Assembly: GCA_963806225.1 (NCBI GenBank)
Contig: CAWDXG010000004.1
Span: 1,312,001 to 1,376,000, forward strand
DNA length: 64,000 bases
Origin: an uncultured delta proteobacterium
GTDB lineage: Bacteria; Myxococcota_A; Polyangia; Polyangiales; Polyangiaceae
Reading direction: 5' to 3'
This document shows, one piece after another, positions 8,162 to 16,687 of the stretch; position 1 is the first letter of the stretch; each line of letters begins with the position of its first letter. Below the pieces are notes generated by a model. That model ran no database searches. It was given only the letters and a program-made list of their open reading frames with translations, and was not told where the DNA came from. The translations under genes were made by a program, and so were the position numbers.

Positions 8162-10483
8162 ATGCACAAAATCTCCGTCGTCTCCCTTTTCGCTCTGGGT
8201 GTGGTCGTCTTCGCTTCGACGAACGCCTCCGCCCAGCCCGCGCAACCCGACAAGCCTCCGGCCGCCCAGGCCGGCAAGGGCAAAGCCGCCGCCAAGCCCA
8301 AGAAGGGCGAGGCGAAGAAGGCCGCAGCCAAGAAGCCGGAAAAGGGCGGGGCAGGCGAAAAACCGGACAAGGGCGACGCCGGCACACCAGCCGCCGGGAA
8401 AGCCGCGGAGGGCCAGGCCGACGCTGGAGCCGGCGACGAAGCCGGCGCCCAGCCGTCGGCAGGCGAGCAGCCTTCAGACGCGGGTGGCGGAACGACGCCG
8501 GGCGAAGCGCCGCCCCGCCCGCCCGAAACGACCCGCGGCACCGAGCTGCCGGGCGCCAGTCCGGCGCCGGCGGGCGGAGGGCTCGGCCCGATGCCGGGCT
8601 GGCCCGCGCCGGGCAGCGACAAGAGCCAGCTCGAGAAGCAAGGCGAGAAGCGCCCCGGCGCCGAGAACAAGAAATCCTCCGGCGAGTCCCAGGACCAGGT
8701 CTACGCCGAGGACTGGTGGTCGCACGCGCGTCCCATCCTCGAGCTGCACGGGTACTTCCGGCTGCGCGCCGAGCTCTTCCACAATTTCTCGCTGGGGCGC
8801 ATCGACCCCCCCGACTCGCAGCTCTGGCCAGCGCCGGCGGACAACAACTACGTCGGAGGGCAGTCCGGCACCGGCGGCCCGTGGGGCCCCGCGCTGTGCA
8901 CCGGCAAGCAGTCCCCCGAGGCGCCCAACAGCAGCAGCGATCCAGCCCAGGCGCGCTGGCCCTGCAAGAACAAGACGCAGGCCGGCGCCAACATCCGCTT
9001 CAGGCTGAATCCGGAGCTGCACATCTCGGACAACCTGCGGATCATGAGCCAGATCGATCTGCTGGATAATCTGGTGCTCGGCTCCACGCCGGAGGGGTAC
9101 GCGAACCAGCCAGGCCAGAGCGGCGGCTACTCGGTCGTCCAGCGCGGCGGCTATGCGCCGCTGGGCGCCTTCGACACGACCCAGGAGCCCCCTAGCGCCG
9201 GCGTCAACGGCCTGAAGGACAGCATCCGCGTCAAGCGCGTATGGGCCGAGTACATGAGTCCGGTCGGGCAGCTCAGCTTCGGCCGCATGCCGAGCCAGTG
9301 GGGCCTGGGCATCCTCGCCAACTCGGGCGACGGCTACGACGACGACTACCAGTCAACCGCCGATCGCATCATGTTCGTCACGGGCATCAAGGCGATCGAC
9401 CTGTACTTCGCCGGCGCCTGGGACTTCCCCAACGAGGGCCCGACCAGCGCCCAGGCGAACCTTCCCGGAGCGCAGCCCTACGACCTGGCGCAGCTTGACG
9501 ACGTGAACCAGTACGTGCTGGTCGTCGTGCGCAAGACCAACGCGAACCTGCAGAAGATGCGGCTGGCGCGAGGCCAGCTCGTCGTCAATGGCGGCGCCTA
9601 CGTCGTCTACCGCTCGCAGCTGCTGGCAAACGACCGCAACGGGGCCTGCCCGGCGAACGCGATCGGCTGCACCACGGGCCAGCTCAATCCGGCCGACAGC
9701 ACCGGCTACGTGCGACGCGGCGCCAAGGCCTGGATCCCCGACCTGTGGCTGCAGGTGCTGTACAAGAAGTTCCGCTTCGAGATGGAAGCGGTCACCATCC
9801 AGGGCTCGATCGAGAACACGCTCTCGACGCCGGGCACCAGCGACTACGGCAGCGCCTTCGGCGGCCACGGCTGGAAGGTCCAGCAGTACGGGCTGGCCAC
9901 CGAGCTCGAGCAGAAGCTGATCGAGGACCGGCTGCGGCTCCAGTTCAAGTTCGGCATCGCGTCGGGCGACTCGAACGTCAACGGCCTGAGCCCGGGCGTC
10001 AACGGCCTGCAGACCGAGCACGGCAGCAACACCATCTCGACCTTCCGTTTCCACCCGAACTACAAGATCGACCTGATCCTCAACCGCAACATCCTGAACA
10101 GGATCCAGGGCGAGTACTACTTCCGTCCCAGCGCGGACTACGACTTCCTGCGCAACCAGAACGGGCAGAAGCTCGGCGGCGGCGTGGCGGCAATCTGGAC
10201 GCGGGCCAGCGAATTCGTGCAGACGCCGGGCCACGACGCCAACCTGGGCGTCGAGCTCGACGGCAAGCTCTATTTCCAGTCCAAGGACGGTTCGCTCAAC
10301 GACGACCCGAACAAGATGGGCGGCTTCTACACCATGCTGGAGTACGGCGTGCTGTTCCCGCTGGCGGGGCTCGGCTATCCGAGTGCCCAGGCGAACCAGA
10401 TCCGCACCAACCTGAACAACCCGGGCGCCGCCAACACCAGCACGGCCCAGGTCGTCCGCTGGTACCTCGGCGTGCTGTTCTAG
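8162..10483 (+). CDS. Myxobacterial OM beta-barrel protein, TIGR04551-like
   Basis: Signal peptide and low-complexity Ala/Lys/Pro linker, then LELHGYFRLRAELFHNFSLGR, IDLLDNLVLGSTP and FGRMPSQWGLGILANSG; C-terminal Phe (WYLGVLF). Family assignment from recall. Confidence 0.75.
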   Translation: MHKISVVSLFALGVVVFASTNASAQPAQPDKPPAAQAGKGKAAAKPKKGEAKKAAAKKPEKGGAGEKPDKGDAGTPAAGKAAEGQADAGAGDEAGAQPSAGEQPSDAGGGTTPGEAPPRPPETTRGTELPGASPAPAGGGLGPMPGWPAPGSDKSQLEKQGEKRPGAENKKSSGESQDQVYAEDWWSHARPILELHGYFRLRAELFHNFSLGRIDPPDSQLWPAPADNNYVGGQSGTGGPWGPALCTGKQSPEAPNSSSDPAQARWPCKNKTQAGANIRFRLNPELHISDNLRIMSQIDLLDNLVLGSTPEGYANQPGQSGGYSVVQRGGYAPLGAFDTTQEPPSAGVNGLKDSIRVKRVWAEYMSPVGQLSFGRMPSQWGLGILANSGDGYDDDYQSTADRIMFVTGIKAIDLYFAGAWDFPNEGPTSAQANLPGAQPYDLAQLDDVNQYVLVVVRKTNANLQKMRLARGQLVVNGGAYVVYRSQLLANDRNGACPANAIGCTTGQLNPADSTGYVRRGAKAWIPDLWLQVLYKKFRFEMEAVTIQGSIENTLSTPGTSDYGSAFGGHGWKVQQYGLATELEQKLIEDRLRLQFKFGIASGDSNVNGLSPGVNGLQTEHGSNTISTFRFHPNYKIDLILNRNILNRIQGEYYFRPSADYDFLRNQNGQKLGGGVAAIWTRASEFVQTPGHDANLGVELDGKLYFQSKDGSLNDDPNKMGGFYTMLEYGVLFPLAGLGYPSAQANQIRTNLNNPGAANTSTAQVVRWYLGVLF

Positions 10484-10490
10484 AGCGGCA

Positions 10491-11078
10491 CTACTCGTCC
10501 CAGGCCACGCGGAACTCGCAGCTCGTGTCGCCCTTCGCGCGGCAACAAAGCTCCTGCACGACGCCGTTCCGGCGTGGACCGAGCTCGAGCGATCCGAGCA
10601 TCCAGCCGCCGATGGATAGACAGTGGGCGCGATGCGGCGCAGGGAAGTCCGCCAGCGTCACGTGCAGCCCGGTCGGACCACGAGCTCGCGAGAGCAGCCG
10701 GCCGCGATCATAGTGGTGGCTCCACACGCTCGCCGCGAGCCCGATGAACATGGACGGCCGCACACGTCCCATGATCAGGCGCTTCCACACACCGATGTCG
10801 TGGCTGGCGGCGAAGCGACCCATCTCCCAGGCCAGCTCCAGCTTTCCCCGATCGAACAAGCGGTCGGCGAGCTCGATCGCCTCGACGAACAGACCGAAAT
10901 CGACCCAATCGGACGGGTCGGTCCCGAGCAGCAGCCTGCGAAGACCCGCCGAAGCTGCCTGCCGGTAGCGCTGCTGCGCCTCGAGACCGAAGCGCTCGAG
11001 CACGAAAGCGTCACGAACCGTCACGGTCGGCGCCTTGACCCGGATTGCCCGTCCCGTCCCTGTCTCGCTGCCTGCCAA
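10491..11078 (-). CDS. Myxobacterial V4R-like / DUF2378-like small protein
   Basis: C-terminal 'ELCCRAKGDTSCEFRVAW' V4R signature; WEMGRFAA and HCLSIGGW helices typical of this group. Confidence 0.6.
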   Translation of the reverse strand: MAGSETGTGRAIRVKAPTVTVRDAFVLERFGLEAQQRYRQAASAGLRRLLLGTDPSDWVDFGLFVEAIELADRLFDRGKLELAWEMGRFAASHDIGVWKRLIMGRVRPSMFIGLAASVWSHHYDRGRLLSRARGPTGLHVTLADFPAPHRAHCLSIGGWMLGSLELGPRRNGVVQELCCRAKGDTSCEFRVAWDE

Positions 11079-11165
11079 TGGTCACCCGCGTGCGCTGCGC
11101 GCGGCCCTCGCGCCGGGGGCTCCCCAGAAGCCCCCTCGACCAGTATGGTCTGCCGCGCAGGAAAG

Positions 11166-11262
11166 TGCACGACAAGAGGGAGGGTGACTGGCGCGCCGCA
11201 TCGCCATCCCTCGACCCAGGAGACCTCCCGATCTCCCACTCTTCTTGTTGATCCGCCGTGCA
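11166..11262 (-). ncRNA. Candidate structured RNA element (multi-stem), unclassified
   Basis: Hand-folded nested pairings: TGCACG/CGTGCA, ACAAGA/TCTTGT, GAGGG/CCCTC and TGGCG/CGCCA, plus a GGAGAUC-GGGA-GGUCUCC hairpin on the minus strand. Confidence 0.3.
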
Positions 11263-11306
11263 GAGCGCGACAGCGCCGTCGGATACGACGCGCTACGGAC
11301 GCCGAG

Positions 11307-13223
11307 CTAGAAGCGGAGCGTCGCGTCGAGCCGCGCGCCCTCGAAGGGCGGGAAGAAACGGCACACGCCCGACACGCAGCGCAGCGATCCGCGCCGCTCG
11401 CCGACGAACGCCGAAACACTCGACGAGCTGTTGAAATTGTAGCGGACCTGGCCGTTGTAGTACATGTTCGGCGTGGTCGAGCGCGTGTCGTACTCGACGC
11501 CGAACGCGACGACGATGTGCGGCGCCCACTGGAAACCGGTGAGGTGCTCGCCCTCGAACCAGGCCTCGCCTTCCGCGCGCGGCTCGACCCGGTGCCGGTG
11601 CCAGCCCTGCAGCTGCAGCGAGAACGGCCCGTGGATGTACTCGATGATGTCGTAGCGGACGTAGTTCTCGCGATACAGGACGCGGGTCCTGTTGCCGTGC
11701 GCGTCGATGAACGGCTGGTTCGCCTCGTGGTCGCGCGCCCCGACCGTGATGGTCGCACGCGAGCGATGGTGGTGCGCGGTCTTCTCCAGCCCGACGGCGA
11801 AGTCCCAGATGCGATCCAGCCTGTCGTCCCCCGTCTTGCACTCCTGGTTGACGGCCGATGAGGCCGCCCAGGTATCGTAGCGGCCGACCCACCCGAACAA
11901 CGTATCGTTGTCGCTCGCCTCGACGTCGGTGCGCAGGCGCCCGCCGGTGATGCAGCTGGTCATGTAGTTGAAGAACGCGTCCTCCCAGATCGGTTCCGTC
12001 GTGGGGGGCGTGCTGTACTGGACGATCTGGAATTCCTTGGTGGCAGCGCGGTTCAGCCGGTTGGGCTTGAGCGCGAAGAAGCGACGGTAGTGCTTCATCT
12101 CGAGCAGGACCGTGACCGGCCGCTGGATCACGCTGAGGCTGCCGTAGACGGCGTAGCCCGGATCGACCACGTGGGCGACGCCCGGATGATCGCGATGCTG
12201 GTAGGCCACCTCGACATAGCCGGCGCCATGGCCGTCGAAGTCGGGGATGCCGATGGACTGGCTGAAGTTCGTGACGTTGGGCTCGGGGAACTGCGACACG
12301 TCGCCGGCGATGGGGTAGTGGCGGATGAGCCGCGCCGCCTGGTAGCCGACCGCGACGTGCCGCGTCTTCACGTCCAGCTCGCCGCCGGCGAGGCGATCGG
12401 TGCTGTAGGTCGGCCCCACATAGCTCTGCCCGTGATCGGACGCGGGGCGCGGCATGCCCGCTTCGGCGATGCGCTGGCCCGCGAACGGGCCTTCGCCGTA
12501 GCTCGGGTCGACGCTCAGTATGCGGCCGCTGGCCTCGTCGATGCGCAGCGGGTTGAGCGCGCCGCCGATGCCGGTCAGCTTGAGACGCACGCCGTCCGCC
12601 TTGACCCGTCCCGTGAGGCGGGCGCCGCGAATGGTGGTATCGCTCGACAGCTCGTCGATCTTGCGCACGCTGAGCACCAGCCCGCGGCCGAGCTGCGCGT
12701 ACACATCGCCAACCGTCGCCTCGAAATCGGGCGTCGTGTAGCCGAGGTAGTACTTGGACGGATAGATGATGTTCTGGTAGCGGGTCGACAGGTCGTTGAG
12801 GGCCTGATGGCCCTCCTGGTCGTAGTAGTCCTGGGCGGACCCCGTACCGGCCGGCTGGTGATCGACCATGCGCCGCGCGACCTCCTTGGCCGTGGGCGCG
12901 GTGTAGAACCAGGCCGAGTCCAGCCTGAGGCCGAGCTGCCACCTGCCCCAGCTGCTCTGCAGGTTCAGCCGGTTGTAGAACATCCCCCACTTGTCGTCGG
13001 TGGCCGTATCGACCTTGCCGGGGCGGAAGTTCCGGTTGTCGAAGTTGTAGATGAAACTGCCGGCCTCGGTGACGTCCACGTCCACCGGCTTGTCGCCGAG
13101 CTTGCCCGGCTGCAGCGCCAGAGCGCTGGATGTGCCGAACCCCACCGACAGAAGCACCGCGAGCCCGTGCGCGGCGTGCCGTAGGCTGCGCTTTCCCCCC
13201 GCAGCTCGCGTCCTGTTCTGCAT
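11307..13223 (-). CDS. OM beta-barrel protein, DUF6029-like
   Basis: Signal peptide (...SSALA); 'VGDVYAQLGRGLVLS'; C-terminal 'GERRGSLRCVSGVCRFFPPFEGARLDATLRF' with terminal Phe, resembling the DUF6029 C-terminus (recall). Confidence 0.7.
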   Translation of the reverse strand: MQNRTRAAGGKRSLRHAAHGLAVLLSVGFGTSSALALQPGKLGDKPVDVDVTEAGSFIYNFDNRNFRPGKVDTATDDKWGMFYNRLNLQSSWGRWQLGLRLDSAWFYTAPTAKEVARRMVDHQPAGTGSAQDYYDQEGHQALNDLSTRYQNIIYPSKYYLGYTTPDFEATVGDVYAQLGRGLVLSVRKIDELSSDTTIRGARLTGRVKADGVRLKLTGIGGALNPLRIDEASGRILSVDPSYGEGPFAGQRIAEAGMPRPASDHGQSYVGPTYSTDRLAGGELDVKTRHVAVGYQAARLIRHYPIAGDVSQFPEPNVTNFSQSIGIPDFDGHGAGYVEVAYQHRDHPGVAHVVDPGYAVYGSLSVIQRPVTVLLEMKHYRRFFALKPNRLNRAATKEFQIVQYSTPPTTEPIWEDAFFNYMTSCITGGRLRTDVEASDNDTLFGWVGRYDTWAASSAVNQECKTGDDRLDRIWDFAVGLEKTAHHHRSRATITVGARDHEANQPFIDAHGNRTRVLYRENYVRYDIIEYIHGPFSLQLQGWHRHRVEPRAEGEAWFEGEHLTGFQWAPHIVVAFGVEYDTRSTTPNMYYNGQVRYNFNSSSSVSAFVGERRGSLRCVSGVCRFFPPFEGARLDATLRF

Positions 13224-13242
13224 CGGCGCGGGATCGTCGTCG

Positions 13243-13812
13243 CTACTTGGCCGCCAGCGCAGCCTGCACGTCCTTGTCGAGCTGCACCGCGTCGCCGGTG
13301 GTGTAGCCTTCCCTCTTCATGATCACGTGACCATCGCGGGCGATCAGCACGCTGTACGGCGCGCTGGTCTTCGGGTTGTACAGCGACACCACGCGCGTCT
13401 CCTGGTCGAGCAGGATCGGGAAGGTGACGCCCAACTTGGCGACCTCCGTCTTGACCTGGGCGACGGAGTCGGGCCCGTCGATGGAGATGCCAAGCACCAC
13501 GAAGCCCTTGTCCTTGTACTTCCGGTAGAGCTGGTCGAGATGCGGCATCGACGCCAGGCACGGGTCGCAGAAGGTCGCCCAGAAGTCGATCAGGATGACG
13601 TCCTTGCCCAGATAGTCGCTGAGCTGCACGCTGCGCCCGTCGAGAGAGTCGAGCTCGAAGTCCGGCGGACGTGACCGATCGCTTCCGGACGCGGAAGCCG
13701 CACCCGCACCCTGGGCACCGCCGCCGCCGCAGCCGGCCAGCACCACGGGCAGGAGAAGCCCGGCTGCCAGCGCCAGTCGCGCCGCACGTGTGACGATCGG
13801 TTTCAACTGCAT
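13243..13812 (-). CDS. TlpA/ResA-family thiol-disulfide oxidoreductase, lipoprotein
   Basis: Lipobox VLAGC; PDFELDSLDG, IDFWATFCDPC (CxxC), cis-Pro loop APYSVLI. Confidence 0.9.
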   Translation of the reverse strand: MQLKPIVTRAARLALAAGLLLPVVLAGCGGGGAQGAGAASASGSDRSRPPDFELDSLDGRSVQLSDYLGKDVILIDFWATFCDPCLASMPHLDQLYRKYKDKGFVVLGISIDGPDSVAQVKTEVAKLGVTFPILLDQETRVVSLYNPKTSAPYSVLIARDGHVIMKREGYTTGDAVQLDKDVQAALAAK

Positions 13813-13944
13813 CGTGGCTCCAAAGCCGTCTTCGTCCGGAGCGCCAGGAGACGCAAGGGAAGAACACGAGAAGGTACTGTGCCGGGCGTGACTGCCGCGC
13901 CGCCGGACACTGTCCGACGACGCGGGACACGCGCAAGGAGGCCG

Positions 13945-14655
13945 CTACTTCGCGTTGGCGAGCGCGCTGTCGACCTGGTTCCAGATGGTCGTGGTGTCGC
14001 CGCCAAGCACCTGACCCACGATCTTCATGTTCGAGGCGTTGATCACCAGATTCATCGGCGTCGCGTCGGCGGTGAAGAAGTGTCCGAACCAGAAGGACGG
14101 ATCGGTCACCATCGGGAAGTGCACCCCGTAGTCCTTGGTCCACAGCTTCAGGTCCAACGGCTGCGCGGGATTCTGGTTGAGATCCTCGAACAGCACGCCG
14201 AAGAACTCGGCGCCCTTGGCCTTGTACTGGCTGTACTTGTTCTGCTGCTCGATCTCCGAGTACTCGCCCTGGCAGACGACGCACCAACGTGCCGAGACGT
14301 TGAGCAGGATGACCTTGGTGTTCTTGCTGCCGTCCGGATCGTAGAAGTCCGAGAGGTAGATCTTCTTCAGGTTGTTCGTGTCGTAGCCGGCCGCAACCGG
14401 GTCCTTCCAACCATAGAAGTACTGGGTGCCGGGCCCGATGGTGCTGCCGACATCGTAGCCGTACGGGCCCGCCGGGTACGGCGCGTTCTGCGTCGAGCCA
14501 CCACCGCTACCGCCACTCGATGCGCCGCCGGTGCCGCTCGACGCGCCGCCCGTACCGTGATCGAAATCAGCACCCTGGTTGGCGCTGCTCGAGCTGCACG
14601 CCAGAGCGAGTGCGCTCGCGAGGACACAAATGCCAGACAGAACAAGCTTTCTCAT
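13945..14655 (-). CDS. Thioredoxin-fold (redoxin) lipoprotein
   Basis: Lipobox ALAC, Gly/Ser linker, YPAGPYG motif, NVSARWCVVC (CxxC) and TPMNLVI. Start at ATG 14655. Confidence 0.85.
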   Translation of the reverse strand: MRKLVLSGICVLASALALACSSSSANQGADFDHGTGGASSGTGGASSGGSGGGSTQNAPYPAGPYGYDVGSTIGPGTQYFYGWKDPVAAGYDTNNLKKIYLSDFYDPDGSKNTKVILLNVSARWCVVCQGEYSEIEQQNKYSQYKAKGAEFFGVLFEDLNQNPAQPLDLKLWTKDYGVHFPMVTDPSFWFGHFFTADATPMNLVINASNMKIVGQVLGGDTTTIWNQVDSALANAK

Positions 14656-14811
14656 GGGTCGCATCTCCACGTATAATCTAGACGAGTCCAGGTAACCGGG
14701 GCAAGGGGGGCCGTCAAGGGCCGGTGCCTCTTCCCACACGCCCTCGCTTTGCGGTAGTACGCCGGGCGCAGGCGGCTGGTTACAGCTTTGTTGCTTGTGC
14801 TGTGGAACTTT

Positions 14812-14824
14812 ACAGTCCGACTGT
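14812..14824. promoter_or_regulatory. Palindrome in divergent intergenic region (possible operator)
   Basis: ACAGTC-C-GACTGT perfect inverted repeat between the redoxin operon and the Cys-rich lipoprotein genes. Confidence 0.3.
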
Positions 14825-14890
14825 CGGCACGATCATCTGCACGACGATGATGCATGAAGCCGACGGTTCCCGTTATCACCAGAGGTAGTC

Positions 14891-16447
14891 ATGCGCGCTC
14901 GTGAATCCAGGCGATCGACCCAGTCCGACGCACCGCGGAAGCGACGGTCCTGGCCGCACTTCGTCCGCAGCCTGGTGTTCGTGGCCGCCGCGCTGGCTCT
15001 GGGGCTCGGAGCGGGATGCTCCAGCGGGAACAGCGACTGCTCCGGCGTGACGATCGAAGGCAAGTGCCAGAAGAGGTGCCAGGACAGCGCGTGCTCGGCC
15101 GGCACCCGCTGCGTCGTGTTCGGGGATCTGAACAACGCCTGCGAACCGTCGTGCAAAAGCCAGTCCGATTGTCCGATGGGCAAGAACTGCGAGAAGTACC
15201 AGTTCCCGGACGGGACCATCGCCAAGTACTGCGTGCGCCTCGACTACTCCAAGGGCGGCCGGACCGGACAGCACGAAGCCTGCCAGCAGAGCACCGAGTG
15301 CGACCAGCCGCGCGGCTTCACCTGCATCGGCCAGATGTGCGAGCACGCCTGCAAGCAGAGCAGCGACTGCCCCCAGAGCTACGTCTGCGGAACCGACAAC
15401 TTCTGCGTGAAGGACGGCACGGGCAAGGACGGCGACGCCTGCAAGACGAGCGCTGACTGCGCGCAGCGGTCGGGCCTGGAGTGCATGGGCGGCAAGTGCG
15501 GCGTGCCCTGCCAGTACTCGGGCGACTGCCCAGACGGCTACTGCGCCCCGGCCGGCAACGACGACAGCGGCAAACCGGCGGAGGCGTGCAAGAAGGACAG
15601 CTTCCCGCGCGACAAGGGCCAGTACGGCAGCGACTGCCCGAACGGCTCCGCCGACTGCGACGCGACGAAGGGCTTCAGCTGCGTGGGGGCCGGCAAGGCC
15701 GATCCTTTCGCCTACTGCACCCAGCGCGACTGCGGCGCCGACACCGACTGCCCGACGGGCTATTTCTGCTCGCTGCAGCGCACGGCTACGCTGCCGTGCC
15801 AGAACGCCTGCGGCTTCCAGGGTGACTCGTCGAAGGCGGACTGCGCGAAGGCCGCCGACATCGGAGCGGGCAAGACGTTCCAGTGCGGCCCGCTCAGCCT
15901 GCTCCGCCACATCTGCCTCAAGCGCAAGTTCTGCAACTCGTGCCAGACGGACGCGGACTGCAACGAGGAGCAGGGTCAGGTCTGTGCCAAGGACGAAAGC
16001 GGCAACAAGATCTGCACGGTGCTCTGCGACGTGAAGACGAACTCGTGTCCGTGGGGCAGCGCAGCAACCTGCGGCCTCTGGGACAAGGATCTCGGCAAGC
16101 CGACCTGCGCGCACCGCTACGGCAGCTGCAAGAGCGCGGGCACGCCCGCTGGCTGCGATCCCTGCGTCGACGACAGCGACTGCGGCTCGAACGGCCTGTG
16201 CGTCTCCAGCAGCTTCACCGGAGAGCACTTCTGTCTCGAGCTCGGCGAAACGTGTTCGTGCCCAGCCGGCACCGCGCAGACCTGCCAGGGCGGAGGCTGC
16301 CCGAAGGCCGCCGGCGGCAAGAGCACCCTGACGGAGACCTGCGTCGGCGGCAGCCAGCTCACGTCGTCTGCGCTGTACAACAAGTGCTACGGCGCCAACT
16401 CCGGCTCGTTCCAGAACATCCAGACGGGCTGCTGGCCGGCGAAGTAG
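14891..16447 (+). CDS. Cys-rich repeat lipoprotein (CxxxxDC repeats)
   Basis: Lipobox LGAGC; 61 Cys counted by hand; recurring C-x4-DC-x3/6-C units; RBS GAGG upstream. Confidence 0.85.
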   Translation: MRARESRRSTQSDAPRKRRSWPHFVRSLVFVAAALALGLGAGCSSGNSDCSGVTIEGKCQKRCQDSACSAGTRCVVFGDLNNACEPSCKSQSDCPMGKNCEKYQFPDGTIAKYCVRLDYSKGGRTGQHEACQQSTECDQPRGFTCIGQMCEHACKQSSDCPQSYVCGTDNFCVKDGTGKDGDACKTSADCAQRSGLECMGGKCGVPCQYSGDCPDGYCAPAGNDDSGKPAEACKKDSFPRDKGQYGSDCPNGSADCDATKGFSCVGAGKADPFAYCTQRDCGADTDCPTGYFCSLQRTATLPCQNACGFQGDSSKADCAKAADIGAGKTFQCGPLSLLRHICLKRKFCNSCQTDADCNEEQGQVCAKDESGNKICTVLCDVKTNSCPWGSAATCGLWDKDLGKPTCAHRYGSCKSAGTPAGCDPCVDDSDCGSNGLCVSSSFTGEHFCLELGETCSCPAGTAQTCQGGGCPKAAGGKSTLTETCVGGSQLTSSALYNKCYGANSGSFQNIQTGCWPAK

Positions 16448-16467
16448 CGCCGCTCCCCACACATCAC

Positions 16468-16493
16468 GAGCCGGCCCCGACCCGGGCCGGCTC
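16468..16493 (+). terminator. GC-rich hairpin downstream of CDS (no U-tract)
   Basis: GAGCCGGCCC-cgaccc-GGGCCGGCTC, perfect 10-bp stem about 20 nt after the stop. Confidence 0.45.
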
Positions 16494-16687
16494 CGGACCT
16501 GGGCGCGAGCCTTGCGCAACAGCTGCGTCTGGGCGAACAAGCGCGGGTAATCACAGGACAAACTGCGGGGCTTCCCCTGCCGGCCCTTGTCGCTCTATCC
16601 TCTGCATACCCGAGGGTGGTGACCCGTCCAACGATGCTGGCGGGGCTTTAGCCTGCCCTGGGATACGTGGACCAAGGAGAGCCTTAG

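Noticed and set aside
13243..14655. Selenocysteine in the redoxin genes
   Set aside because: Both have ordinary CxxC motifs and no in-frame TGA.
14825..14841. Sigma54-like CGGCACG...TGCA upstream of the Cys-rich lipoprotein
   Set aside because: GG-to-GC spacing is 11 nt rather than the required 10.
16552..16600. CACAGGACAAACT resembling the start of a c-di-GMP-I riboswitch
   Set aside because: No GNRA-capped P2 stem and no GACGCAAA/receptor segment follow.
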